DNA of 64,000 nt from an uncultured Planctomycetota bacterium (GTDB lineage: Bacteria; Planctomycetota; Planctomycetia; Isosphaerales; Isosphaeraceae). The DNA lies in NCBI GenBank assembly GCA_963845755.1, contig CAWJTV010000018.1, forward strand, positions 72,704-136,703. The letters run 5' to 3'. The position numbers and the translations under genes are program-made. The first letter of the stretch is position 1, and every line of letters begins with the position of its first letter. Positions 1 to 9,347 of the stretch are shown here, in pieces. The notes beneath the pieces are model-generated. The model was not told where the DNA came from and did not search any database. It worked only from the letters and a program-made list of their open reading frames with translations.

Positions 1-437
1 GCACCCAGGTCGCGTCATCCGACGGCGTGACGATGGCCAGCTCGACCACGAGGTTCGCGGAATCCTCCTCGATCCGGCCTCGGACTCGGACCGATTGCAC
101 GAAGCCGGGAGTCGACGCCGGCCGGACGCCGGGCGCATTGCCACCCACCCCTTGCGCCGCCGGCGCGACCCGCCTGAGTTCCAGGTCGGGGTGGGCGATC
201 CTCTTCAGGAGTGAGTCGAGGTCAGCCGGGCCGGGGAGGATGATATAGATGGGATCGGCCGGTCGACGGACCTCCTCGCCCGGCGTCGACGACGACACCG
301 GGAGCCTGCGCCGCCAGGGCCGGCAGTGCGACCAGCGGGGCCAGGAACAGGCACCCCAGGCTCCCGATCAGTTTGCGGGGGAAATCCAAGGAGCAGCACC
401 TTCTCGAAGTGGCAAAACCTGGTAGAACCAGCCGCAC
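1..437 (-). CDS. 5' part of a probable secreted or membrane protein running off the window edge
   Basis: Signal-peptide-like stretch (LIGSLGCLFLAPLVALPALAAQAPG) in ORF 222..437. A neighbouring frame stays open to position 1, implying a frameshift near 270-290. Confidence 0.35.
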
Positions 438-511
438 CCTCCTCGTCGCCGGCTGTCGTGCTCTCGAGTCGGACGATGGGCACGGATGCGTGCAGACGTC
501 CGTCCGCCCAC

Positions 512-2381
512 CTAGTATCCACTATAACATAACATCGGCGTACAGTACCCTCCACGAGGCGGTTGTCCGGATTGCGACCCGGCATCTCGACAGGCGATCG
601 GGGATGTTTGCTGATACGTCACGCGCGGGATTGTTCCCTTTCGAGATGGCGAGGCACGTGAGGTGAATAGGGCGTGTTGACTTGTTGAAATCGCCCTGTC
701 ACGTCTTCCCCGTTCTGTCGTGATGGGCTCATCCGGATGACCATGGTCAAGCCCGCCCGGCCGCAGCCGTTCCCGGATCGACCGCCAAGGCAGTCCCGGA
801 GGCTCACCCACGGCGTCTGCATCGAACGGAACCACTCGGCGAGGCGCCGAGATGGCTTCGTTTTGCCGGTTTTGATGATCGGCAGTAATGGCAGTGGGTT
901 CGTTTTGCGAGCTCCGATGATTACGGGCCACGCTACCGGAGAGAATGACGAGAATCATCGCGAGCACGACGGTACGGTGAAAGGGTAGCGTGGAACGCGC
1001 GGTCAGCGCAACCTGCGGCGAGGTCGGTTCGTCCTGCCGAGTCGCATGATCGGCCGACGGGGTGGTGGGTTCGTATTGCAGGTTCTCGCGATCGATCGTC
1101 ATGGGCCTCGGATCGACTTCGACCGTGGGGTCGGCGATTCCGCCAGTCACCGCCGGATCGAACTCTCCCGCCTCGGATCCTCGTCCTTCCGCGGTATCCG
1201 CGGTGAAACCCCCGACGGCCTGGGTATCGGCGGGAATCTCACAAAGGCACGACGCAAGATCGTCGCTCGGGCAGGGGGGCGTCCCGTCCCGGGTCGGGGC
1301 GTCGGACTCTGGCTCGTCGGACAAAGGCGGAGCTTCCTCGCTCGACTCGGTTCGTATTCCGCTCCTCGCTCTCGAGCCCGATCGGCGGACTTTGAGGAGG
1401 GTGTCGAGGCTCCGGAATAGCGCTCGGCTGCACGAGAAGTGGTACCGGCGCAGCCGCTCTCCCTCGGTGCTGGTGTCGAACGACAGGAGGGCCGCCTGCC
1501 GGGCCACATCCGCCTCGGCGCGCTGACGATGCTCGGCGGTCAGCGGTTCCAGCCGCGCGATCGCCTGCTCAGCGACGCTCCGCAGCTCCTCGATCGTCGC
1601 CGCCTGGTCCTGCGCCAGTCCCTCGACCAACTGCCGGTCCAGCTTGCGGGCCAGGTACCCGTCGATTTCCGGATGAGGGTTGGCCCGCCGGCGTTCGCAG
1701 TGGTTTTCCCACTCCTCGGCCGTCAGGTTCAGCGGCGGTTTCCCCAGCAGGCGGATCGCCCTGGACTTCTCGATCGACGGCCAGGTCTGGCCCTGGTCGA
1801 GGATCGCGCGGAGCTCGATCCAGCGGTCGAGCATCCACTGGCAGCCGGGACCGGTGGATTCGAGGCGGCGGACGATGGCCCCGGCGTGATCCAGGACGTC
1901 GAGGGGCCGGGAGGTCTGGGACTTGCGGCCCGGGAGCAGGGCTTCGAGGATCTGGCTCTGAAGCTTGAGGCTTCCCGATCCATTGCGATCGCTGAAGAGC
2001 CGACGGCCCAGGGCGGCGGCCTCTTCCTGCTGACGGTTCGCCTCCAGGACCGGCAGCGTTTCGATGATGTGGGAGAGCCGGGCGACCTCGGCGCGATCGG
2101 CCCGATCTAATTTCCAGGAGGACTGCACGGCCTGCTCGACCAGGAACTGCTCGACCTCGTTCTGCGGCTGAAGGTCGCCGACTCCAGGACTCCAGCCGCG
2201 CCTGGAGTACCTCGGGATCCTCGCCGGGCAAGACGAGAGTCCTGGCGGTCATGCCGTGTTTCACGGCATTGAACCGCGAGCGGTTCTTGCCCTCGGGGGT
2301 CCGGGGTCCGGTGCTCTTCTGGGCATTGCGGCGGTTGATCTCGGCCCGATCGGACCTGGGCGGGGTCATGGTGGTGGTCAT
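512..2381 (-). CDS. Hypothetical protein of the 'NRRNAQKSTGPRTPEGK' family, frameshifted near 2175
   Basis: N-terminal motif AEINRRNAQKSTGPRTPEGKNRSRFNAVKHGMTA in ORF 1569..2459 continues in a different frame as ORF 512..2128. Confidence 0.6.
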
Positions 2382-2626
2382 GGTGCTCTGACCCTGGTGT
2401 GGATGCAACGGCAGTCGTCCCCGGGGCGACACCCGTTTGATCGCTTCGGGTGTCGCCACCGCCTCTTACCCTTACGATCCGCACATGCGCGTTCCCAGTT
2501 GCATAAAAATTGTTACATGTCACAGTTTTCCGACGGGGGAGCACGGGGATCATTCATTGCAACGCGATGGTAAGTCCAGGGTTACATCGAAGCGTGGGAG
2601 GTCTGGGAAGGCCTAAAAAAACCGCG

Positions 2627-2962
2627 ATGACAACCGTGCCCCGAGGAACCGGGTCCTGCCGCCTTGAGCTGGGAGAAGGCCCGACCGAACGCCTCGATCT
2701 CAAGGCCCGGTCGCTGGAGCCGATGCGGGAGCTTCGTCAAGCCGAAGAAGCCGTCCGGCCAGCGCGTCAAACGTGCCCGGTCGGTCCAGCCCCAAGATCA
2801 GCCGCGTTCCATCGAGGAACTCCCCCGGCCGCTGATGGCGCACGGCCTCATCACCCGCCTCCCCGATCCCGCGTGGACATCGACGAAGACGACCCGGGCG
2901 ATCCGCCTATCCCCATCGTGGGCGAGCCTTCGTCGGAAGCCATCATCCGGGAGCGGCGCTGA
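2627..2962 (+). pseudogene. Degenerate antitoxin-like gene of a vapBC-type pair
   Basis: Segments LMAHGLITRLPDPA and DIDEDDPGDPPIPIVGEPSSEAIIRERR* lie in different frames. The S-E-x-I-I-x-E-R-R ending directly before a PIN-like start is typical of VapB-type antitoxins. Confidence 0.45.
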
Positions 2963-2963
2963 A

Positions 2964-3121
2964 GCGGCGTTGTCGTATTTCGTCGATCCGAGTGCTCGGA
3001 TCCGACGCGAGGTTCAGGAAATCCGAACCACCTGGGTTCGCGGCAGCACGGCCACGGCCCGTCCAACGTGATCGACATCGCCCGGCACACCGCCGTCGAA
3101 TTCACCGGCCCCGTCGCGTGA
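2964..3121 (+). pseudogene. Truncated PIN-domain (VapC-like) toxin remnant
   Basis: LSYFVDPSARIRREVQEIRTTWVRG...VIDIARHTAVEF resembles a PIN N-terminus (YFxDTSALVKRYxxExGTxWV...ITxVE); frameshifted and stops after about 50 codons. Confidence 0.5.
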
Positions 3122-3204
3122 GGGCGTAAAGGAAAACGCTCACCCCCCTGCGGCGCATCGTCGATTCTCCACCGCTTCGGCCCGCCTCTCGGTGGTCGGC
3201 ATAC

Positions 3205-3472
3205 CGTCGAGGCCGCGACGTTTCCCTCGGACGCCCGATGGCTCAGGGAGTCTTCGAACTCGCCTTCGCCCACTTCGAGAAGACGCCGCTCGCCATGAAC
3301 GAGGATGAGCCGCTTGATCCACTGGAGGTAGGCAACCCTCGTGCGAATGCTGTAATGCAACCTCCAGACAACTTCACGGACCCGGTCGAGCAAGGTGGGC
3401 GTCTTATCTCGTCGCGTTTGGTCTGGATAAACCTTGGAAGGTCTGGTTGCAAATGTGGCCTTTCTCGATCAT
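3205..3472 (-). pseudogene. intI: Truncated integron integrase (N-terminal SAM-like domain only)
   Basis: LLDRVREVVWRLHYSIRTRVAYLQWIKRLILVHGER...LSHRASEGNVAAST matches the IntI N-terminus. Similarity ends at VAAST (3205), no catalytic domain follows, and the likely ATG (3472) is out of frame. Divergent from the attC array. Confidence 0.85.
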
Positions 3473-3475
3473 AAT
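3447..3475 (+). promoter_or_regulatory. Candidate cassette promoter Pc
   Basis: TTGCAA(3447-3452)-17 nt-CATAAT(3470-3475), pointing into the array and overlapping the 5' end of intI. Confidence 0.5.
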
Positions 3476-3499
3476 CAATCCCGTGATCCGTATTATACG

Positions 3500-3553
3500 C
3501 CCATGAGGGCGGGAAAAAAGACGCCCATGCGGGCTTCGAAACAATGGTTAGCC
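3500..3553 (+). other. Candidate attI site (core GTTAGCC at 3547-3553)
   Basis: A GTTRRRY-type core between intI and the first cassette gene, exactly complementary to the GGCTAAC of the first attC. Left boundary approximate. Confidence 0.65.
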
Positions 3554-3583
3554 CGCGCCAGGCGGCAGCAGAGGGGGGCGGAG

Positions 3584-4231
3584 TTGGCGACCTTCACCGG
3601 ATACGACCAGGACCGCATCGTCTTCGAGACGATCGCTGATGAGCGGGCCCCCGGCTTGCTACTCCTGATCCACGGGGCCGTCTTCGCAGGGGCACCTCTC
3701 TACGCCTCGGCACTGTACGGGCTGAAGGGGGCCTCAGCTTGGCTGCTCCTCGTCGTGGGAGTCCTGGCGGGCCTCGCCGAGACCGCCTTCGCCTCGATCG
3801 TGCTGCTCAAATCCGAGTGGCTCGTCATCGACCTGCGGCGGCGGTCCTATACCGGGCATCGCGGGGTCTTGTTCTGGGGCGACAAGTGGTCCGGGCCCAT
3901 CGGCGACTTCCATCATATCCGGCTGAGTGAGGTCCCTCGCGGGCGACATGGCCGTCATCGCCGCCTGGTCGTCGAATGGGTCTGGGCCGAGCCGGGACGC
4001 CCTCCGTTCCGCGTCACCGGCTGGGGCCGCCTCAAGTCCTTCCGTATCACCCGATGTCCGCAGGGGGGTGACGGTCGAGGATTCCTGCGGGATCTCCGCG
4101 CCGTCGCTGAGGATGTGGGCCTCCCGTTGGTCGTCCCGGAGCGATATGTCGATGGCCTCGGCGTCAACGACCGGGAAGTCGACGGCCCGGCTAACAAGGC
4201 GATGCAGCGGACCCGCTGCGCGGGCCGCTGA
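3584..4231 (+). CDS. Cassette 1: two-TM membrane protein
   Basis: TTG start after a G-rich RBS downstream of attI; two hydrophobic segments; reads through attC1. Confidence 0.7.
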   Translation: MATFTGYDQDRIVFETIADERAPGLLLLIHGAVFAGAPLYASALYGLKGASAWLLLVVGVLAGLAETAFASIVLLKSEWLVIDLRRRSYTGHRGVLFWGDKWSGPIGDFHHIRLSEVPRGRHGRHRRLVVEWVWAEPGRPPFRVTGWGRLKSFRITRCPQGGDGRGFLRDLRAVAEDVGLPLVVPERYVDGLGVNDREVDGPANKAMQRTRCAGR

Positions 4232-4247
4232 TCTTGCGTCGTTAGGC
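4189..4247 (+). other. attC site 1
   Basis: GGCTAAC...TGCAGCGGACCCGC/GCGGGCCGCTGA...GTTAGGC. Confidence 0.95.
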
Positions 4248-4264
4248 GGCTTACCGGAGGCACT

Positions 4265-4768
4265 ATGAACTACAAGCAAATAGCCTCGCGTCTCACCGGC
4301 ATCAGTTGTCCCGTCTTCGGCGTTTCGTGGAATCCCCCGGCCACAGAGGTCGATGTCGCCCAGCGAGTCCTTTCGTTTCTCGAAGACCGCCGTGTACTCT
4401 ACAACGAGTACGAGATGGAGTTGCCTGACCATTGCATGATGTCGGTCATCGACATTCGCCGCTTTCTCACTGACGTTCTTGGCCGCCTTCCCAACAAGCA
4501 AGGGCTTCCGGCCCATCTGCGTATGATGCGTGCAGCTTGTCGTCAGTTCCTGGACAAGAATGGCGGCGAACGATTCCGCGATCACCAACCGCACATGTTT
4601 GGTGGCCCGGAGACGTGGGTTTTTGCCAGCGCACTTGGCGATCTCCGAACCACAATCGGGCTACACGTGGGAATCGTCTGCACCATGTATGGCCTTGGCG
4701 TCGAGGGCGACCTTGCGAAGATACTCCCCCCGCTGCCGAATGACGATAACGAGGAGGCCGATGCCTAA
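4265..4768 (+). CDS. Cassette 2: conserved hypothetical protein (DUF6650-like)
   Basis: GGAGG RBS; IASRLTGISCPVFGVSWNPP...FLEDRRVLY motif recalled from this family; stop lies in the attC R'' box. Confidence 0.7.
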   Translation: MNYKQIASRLTGISCPVFGVSWNPPATEVDVAQRVLSFLEDRRVLYNEYEMELPDHCMMSVIDIRRFLTDVLGRLPNKQGLPAHLRMMRAACRQFLDKNGGERFRDHQPHMFGGPETWVFASALGDLRTTIGLHVGIVCTMYGLGVEGDLAKILPPLPNDDNEEADA

Positions 4769-4822
4769 CAGGCGGTTGCAGCGGACCCGCCTGCGGCGGG
4801 CCGCTGAACCTTTTCGTTAGGC
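4763..4822 (+). other. attC site 2
   Basis: GCCTAAC...GTTAGGC with the conserved inner palindrome. Confidence 0.95.
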
Positions 4823-4842
4823 GGCAGTGTGGAGGCGACGCT

Positions 4843-5109
4843 ATGCGGTCGGCCACCCGATCTTCTCTATTCGTGGTCGCGTGGTCGGTCGGGCTGGCCT
4901 CGCGCTACGCGAACCGCGGTGATCCTCAGTGGGCCACGAAGTTGCGGGTGGCGTGCCTGTTCTTCGTCCTCGGAGGAGCCTTGCTCTGGTCGATCCAGAA
5001 GATCTCCAAGCGGCCGTGGCCTTGGTTCGTAGAAGGCATCGCACTACCGTTCGTCGCCGGCGGCTTGATCTACGGGATCGTCGCCGTACGCAACGCGTTC
5101 AGGGGATAG
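4843..5109 (+). CDS. Cassette 3: small membrane protein
   Basis: GGAGG RBS, 88 aa with hydrophobic segments, fills the inter-attC space. Confidence 0.65.
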   Translation: MRSATRSSLFVVAWSVGLASRYANRGDPQWATKLRVACLFFVLGGALLWSIQKISKRPWPWFVEGIALPFVAGGLIYGIVAVRNAFRG

Positions 5110-5113
5110 CTTT

Positions 5114-5171
5114 GTCTAACAATGCGATGCAGCGGACCCGCTGTGCGGGCCGCTGATCTTGGGCGTTAGCC
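5114..5171 (+). other. attC site 3
   Basis: GTCTAAC...GTTAGCC. Confidence 0.95.
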
Positions 5172-5183
5172 AGCGGAGGGCTC

Positions 5184-5466
5184 ATGGCCGACGATCTTGT
5201 GCACCTCCTGCTCGACATCAAGCTCGCCGGCGACGGGTTCGCATCGCCGGACGAGTTTGATCTCCGGGACCGGCTCGTTGAGCGGATCGAGCGACTGGGC
5301 ATCGGTGAGGTCGGCGGCTATGGCTCGGGAGTCGGCGGCATGGACATCTCCGTGCTCGTCGCTGATGAAGCTGAAGGTCGGGGGCGGCTGAGTCGAACTC
5401 ATGCAGGAGGTCGCGCCGGATGCTCGCTTCACCATCGAGGTACTTGCAGACGAGGATGACGGCTAA
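5184..5466 (+). CDS. Cassette 4: small acidic hypothetical protein, probable frameshift near 5390
   Basis: GGAGG RBS; the alternative frame MQEVAPDARFTIEVLADEDDG* stops at the TAA of the attC R'' box. Confidence 0.6.
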
Positions 5467-5521
5467 CGAGGCGATGCAGCGGACCCGCCTGTCGGCGGGC
5501 CGCTGATCTATGGCGTTAGCC
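5461..5521 (+). other. attC site 4
   Basis: GGCTAAC...GTTAGCC. Confidence 0.95.
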
Positions 5522-5531
5522 GGCGTGGGTC

Positions 5532-5861
5532 ATGACACACGATATCGAGGCCGAGTTGACCCTCCTTCCGACCGAGCACGGCGGGCGCCACCTTCCAGTG
5601 TCCTCCGGCTACCGCCCCCAGTTCTATTACAGCGGCCACGACTGGGACGCGGTCCATACATACGTCGATGTCACGGAAGCCCGTCCCGGCGATACCGTCA
5701 CCGTCCGGTTGTCCTTCCTTAGCCCGGAAGCGCACGCGGGCAGGATCTTCGCCGGCATGCCGTTCCTCGTGCGCGAGGGTAATCGGGTCGTCGGATATGG
5801 TCGCGTGACTCGCATCCTTGACTTGGAGGCGGCACATCGACAATCTTCGAAGGAGGGCTAA
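5532..5861 (+). CDS. Cassette 5: stand-alone EF-Tu domain 3-like protein
   Basis: Motifs GGRH, GYRPQFY, PGD and REGNRVVGYG align in order with EF-Tu C-terminal domain motifs GGRH, GYRPQFY, PGD and REGGRTVGAG. Confidence 0.85.
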   Translation: MTHDIEAELTLLPTEHGGRHLPVSSGYRPQFYYSGHDWDAVHTYVDVTEARPGDTVTVRLSFLSPEAHAGRIFAGMPFLVREGNRVVGYGRVTRILDLEAAHRQSSKEG

Positions 5862-5913
5862 CAAAGCGATGCAGCGGACCCGCTGCGCGGGCCGCTGAAT
5901 TTGGGCGTTAGCC
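5856..5913 (+). other. attC site 5
   Basis: GGCTAAC...GTTAGCC. Confidence 0.95.
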
Positions 5914-5938
5914 AGCATTCCGATTGCACGGGGGGGAC

Positions 5939-6302
5939 ATGAGGGCCGATGATGACCCGTACTTCACGGCGACCGACAAGGCCAAGCCGCATCCGCCCCG
6001 CGGCATGGCGCAGCTCGTGGTGCGAATCCCTTGGTGCCTCTCCTGGGTCGCCGTGGCGCTCCTGTCTATGCAGGTGTTCGTCTCGCCGATCATCTACCAG
6101 TCGCGGCTGGCGACCGGGGCCTATATCATGACGGAGATCGGGGCCGGGGCGGCTCGGTGCCATCTCGGCCTTCGGCGTGCTGGCCATCCGACTGGTGCGT
6201 TCAGGAGGCTCGCCCGATCCGTACACGAGGAGACTGGCTTGGTCGATACTGAGGGGCCTGCTGGTTGTCATCCTCATAATGACGGGGCTCGAGGTCGCCT
6301 GA
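5939..6302 (+). CDS. Cassette 6: small membrane protein, probable frameshift near 6150
   Basis: ATG at 5939. A shifted frame gives LGAISAFGVLAIRLV...SILRGLLVVILIMTGLEVA* ending just before the attC. Confidence 0.55.
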
Positions 6303-6312
6303 GGGAGGCCCC

Positions 6313-6372
6313 GGCTAACAAGGCGATGCAGCGGACCCCGCTGCGCGGGGCCGCTGATCTGGGGCGTTAGAC
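6313..6372 (+). other. attC site 6
   Basis: GGCTAAC...GTTAGAC. Confidence 0.95.
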
Positions 6373-6381
6373 GGTGGGGCA

Positions 6382-6717
6382 ATGAGCGTCAGCGACGATC
6401 TTGACCGGTTGTTTCCAGGCCACCGCTCGCCCGAGCGGGTTGCCGATTGGGAGGCGCTCGAGCAGCGCCTTGCCTACGGGCAGTCCGTCACTGGTACGGT
6501 CGTCGTCAAATCCCCGTTCGGGGCGTGGGTCGACCTCGGCGTCGGTTTCCCTGCCCTGCTGGAGATCATCGTCATTGTGGGCCTGACGCCCGAGAAATAT
6601 CGTGCGGGTGACTGGTGCCCTGTCGGTAGCGAAGTCTCGGCGTTTGTCGGTGGATTCCGCGATGACTCTCATCAGATAGGGCTGTGGCAGGTGCCGGTCG
6701 GCCATGGCCGCGTCTAA
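6382..6717 (+). CDS. Cassette 7: stand-alone S1 (OB-fold) domain protein
   Basis: WEALEQRLAYGQSVTGTVVVKSPFGAWVDLGVGFPALL...VGSEVSAFV...QIGL follows the ribosomal protein S1 repeat pattern (G-x-x-V-x-G-x-V...FGAFVDLG...VGDEV...ISL). Confidence 0.75.
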   Translation: MSVSDDLDRLFPGHRSPERVADWEALEQRLAYGQSVTGTVVVKSPFGAWVDLGVGFPALLEIIVIVGLTPEKYRAGDWCPVGSEVSAFVGGFRDDSHQIGLWQVPVGHGRV

Positions 6718-6770
6718 CTCCGCGTTGCAGTGGACCCGCCTGCGGCGGGCCGCTGAACTTTCCGTTAGGC
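6712..6770 (+). other. attC site 7
   Basis: GTCTAAC...GTTAGGC. Confidence 0.95.
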
Positions 6771-6789
6771 TGCGGAGGCGCAGCGGGTT

Positions 6790-7107
6790 GTGGAGTGGCT
6801 CGTGCCATGGCATTCTGTCGCTGATGATCCAGCCTAGGTGGAGGGCATGGTACGTGAGTTACTCCGCGAGCTTGCTGAAGGTCACCCGCTCTACCGCCTC
6901 CCGGTGCGGACGTGGGGTCGCAGGCAGGACCGCGACGACGTGCTGTTCGCCATAGAAGATGGTAGCGGGCGCGTCGCGGTCGTCCATCTGGCGTGGACTT
7001 GGAATCCACCCGATCCTCCGCCCTGGCCATGGACCATGCTGTATCGAAGCTTCGATGCGTGGATCGTCGAGGGTGTGCGCCGCGATTACGACGAGTTGCA
7101 TGCCTAA
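6790..7107 (+). pseudogene. Cassette 8: hypothetical protein with an in-frame TAG at 6835-6837
   Basis: GGAGG RBS and GTG at 6790 give VEWLVPWHSVADDPA*VEGMVRELL..., in frame with ORF 6838..7107, which ends in the R'' box. Confidence 0.6.
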
Positions 7108-7159
7108 CCTGCGGTGGCAGCGGACCCGCTCCGCGGGCCGCCGATCTTGGGCGTGAGGT
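7102..7159 (+). other. attC site 8 (R' mutated to GTGAGGT)
   Basis: GCCTAAC...GCAGCGGACCCGC/GCGGGCCGCCGA...GTGAGGT. Confidence 0.85.
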
Positions 7160-7179
7160 GGCGACAGGAGACACTCGGA

Positions 7180-7208
7180 TTGTGGCTCGCGCGGGCGTGA
7201 TGTACGCT
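7180..7208 (+). promoter_or_regulatory. Candidate cassette-internal promoter (leaderless transcript)
   Basis: TTGTGG-17 nt-TACGCT ending 6 nt before the ATG at 7215; no RBS between them. Confidence 0.4.
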
Positions 7209-7214
7209 GAGTGA

Positions 7215-7509
7215 ATGAGCCCGTCGATTCGAGAGGTCAACCCTGGCGAATTGCGGCTCCCACCGAGTCGGGCCAGCGGGGCCGACCCATGGAAGCTCCA
7301 CCAGCAGATCCGACAATTTGGAGCGTCGAGGAACGGGATGCCCCCGATCCTTGTACGAGGATCCGGACGGCATCTTGGAGATCTCCGACGGGGTCACCCG
7401 CGCCACCCGGATCGCCAAGCTGGCACCAGACCAGACAGTCCCGATCGTGGTGATCGGTCAGTATCGACGAAGCCGGGCAGGCTCCCCTTGCGTGAGGGAC
7501 CGGTTATGA
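7215..7509 (+). CDS. Cassette 9 gene A: ParB/Srx-like small protein, frameshift near 7352
   Basis: Joining frames gives ...GMPPILVYEDPDGILEISDGVTRATRIAKL..., resembling the ParB/Srx core PI-x-V...I-x-DGxxR; overlaps the next gene via ATGA. Confidence 0.55.
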
Positions 7510-7730
7510 GCGAGAGCGATACCCGTGTGGAATTGTTCGCCGCCCTCCAGGAATTGTCCGAGGTCATCCCCGAGATGCGGTCCGGCCAGCTCGTGGCGGC
7601 GGTCGGGGAGCTGTGCGCCGATCTCCACGGGCGCGGCCTCTGGGACGCCGCCGACGGCGAGTTGCTCAAGGCCGTATGGCTGTTCCGCCGCAACTATGAG
7701 GCGGCTCTTACCCCGAGCCGGGACGATACC
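7506..7730 (+). CDS. Cassette 9 gene B: small helical protein, 3' end split by IS110 (continues 9305-9346)
   Basis: MSESDTRVELFAALQELSEVIPEMRSGQLVAAV...; removing the IS restores ...SRDDTVGGSPFSARSLRT* with the stop 1 nt before attC9. Confidence 0.65.
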
Positions 7731-9300
7731 TTCTATGAACCCGCTGAAGTCAAGCCCCCCGACTGATTTTTTCCGGGCGTCCCGCGGGGCGCGGACAGCG
7801 ATCGCTCCGAGTCCGACAGCGTATGTCCTGGCTCCCCGTTTGCGGGGAGCCAGGACACACGCTGTCTCTCGTTCTCCAGACAACGCCGGTGGTCCTGCGA
7901 TCGACACTCTCCTTGTCCTTCTCGAAGAACTCCCGAGACCGCGGCTGGTGGCTTCGTCACGCGCGTCGCGCCTGCCAGGAGGCCGCGACCACCTTCTCTC
8001 CGTGTGGATCCTCACTCAAGGGACCGAGCACCCGTTACTCTGTTCGTCCGCGGACGACTCCGAAGCCAGGTGTGGGGACAAACCCATCTAACTCACGGTC
8101 GGCTGCCGCCGACCAGGCGCTTTCCGCCCCCTCGGGGACCTCGCCCTGCTCCAGGTATCGCCACAGCGCGATCAACAACTTGCGGGCCAGGGCCACAATC
8201 CCCACCTTGCGCCGCCGCGTTGCCCTCGCCGAACCGACGCTGATACCACTGGCTCAAGGCGCTGTGGAGCTGCCAGTGCAGCCAGCCCCAGGCGATCTCC
8301 ACCGCCATCCACCGCAGACGACAGTTCCCCGCCTTGCTGATCCCTTGCTCGCGCTGACCGTCGCCACTGGCGTACGGCGTCGGGGCCAAACCGGCGAGGC
8401 TCGCCAGCTCGCGGCGGTTCTGGATCTGCCGCCAGCCGAAGAACTCGCGGACGAACCGCGTCGCGCTCATCGGACCGATCGCCTTGAGGTTCAGCAGCAG
8501 CCGCGGCTTCTCGACGTCGGCCGTCGCGTCGTCGCGGAACGCTCGCCGCTGGGCGTTCTCCAGGTCGCGCACCTGGCGGTCCACCAGTGTCCATCGCTTG
8601 AACTCGCGGCGGATGCGGGCACTCAGCTCGGCCGGGACCGGCCTGCCGTCCCATTGGCGAAGTTGGCCGAGGCGTTCCGGCAACGGGTCATCGACCACGA
8701 CGTCAAGGCCGAGGTTGGCGAGGAGTCCCTTGATGCGATTGGAGTGCTCGGTGCGCTGGCCCTTGACGGCGATCAGCTCGCGGTGGGGCTGACGGCGGTC
8801 CTCATCGTCGGGGGTGGGGATGCGGACGACGCTCCAGAGCTTGTGCTCGCCGCCGTGATAACGGATCAACATCGTCAGGAGCTTGCCGACGTCGAGCCGA
8901 TCGCTCTTGGCGCGACGCGCGCGGCGGTTGACCTCGATGCTGGCGGCGTCAACGACGAGGTTCGTGACTGCGTGATGTTGGAGATCGCGATGGAGCCAGA
9001 AGCCGTCGCGGCCGGCCTCGTAGCAGGAGACGAGGGGGACATCGCCGGAAAGGGCGAAGCGTTGCCTGGCGAGGAGGATCTCGCGCTGGAGACCTTCGAG
9101 ATCGCGAGCGGGGATGGTGCGGAGCCGCGGCTTCTGGGCCATGGCGGTGGTGAAGGCGAGGTTCAAGGACGTCCAGCCGAGGTCGAAGGCGAGGAAGAGC
9201 GTGTTCGAGGCGGTGGTGGTAGGATGAAGGTCGTGGGTCGCTGACATGGTAAGACTCCGAGGTTGAGAGGGATTTGGTGAAAGACCTCTTCTGAGGAGCT
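7731..9300 (-). mobile_element. IS110-family insertion sequence, copy 1
   Basis: Ends defined by similarity to copy 2; flanked by TACC at 7727-7730 and 9301-9304. Confidence 0.9.
8035..9247 (-). CDS. IS110-family transposase/recombinase, frameshift near 8215
   Basis: DEDD motifs LAFDLG, YEAG and KSDRLD, plus GLAPTPYASG and GISKAGN. The conserved KVGIVALARKLLIALWRY tail is in a shifted frame. 3' end approximate. Confidence 0.9.
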
Positions 9301-9347
9301 TACCGTCGGCGGCTCACCGTTTTCAGCCCGGTCGCTCCGGACATAGT

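Noticed and set aside
2851..3204. C-terminal part of ORF 2851..3393 as the integrase catalytic domain
   Set aside because: No R-H-R-H-Y tyrosine recombinase motifs; the region is better explained by the opposite-strand TA remnant.
5532..5861. A tuf pseudogene fragment
   Set aside because: It has its own start, a stop within the attC and strong divergence outside key motifs, with no G-domain remnant nearby.
7985..8113. Short matches between the IS non-coding end and its target or donor (GCCGCCGAC, AGAAGGT, TGAGGA) as guide loops
   Set aside because: Matches of 6-9 nt in GC-rich DNA are expected by chance and cannot be assigned without covariation analysis.
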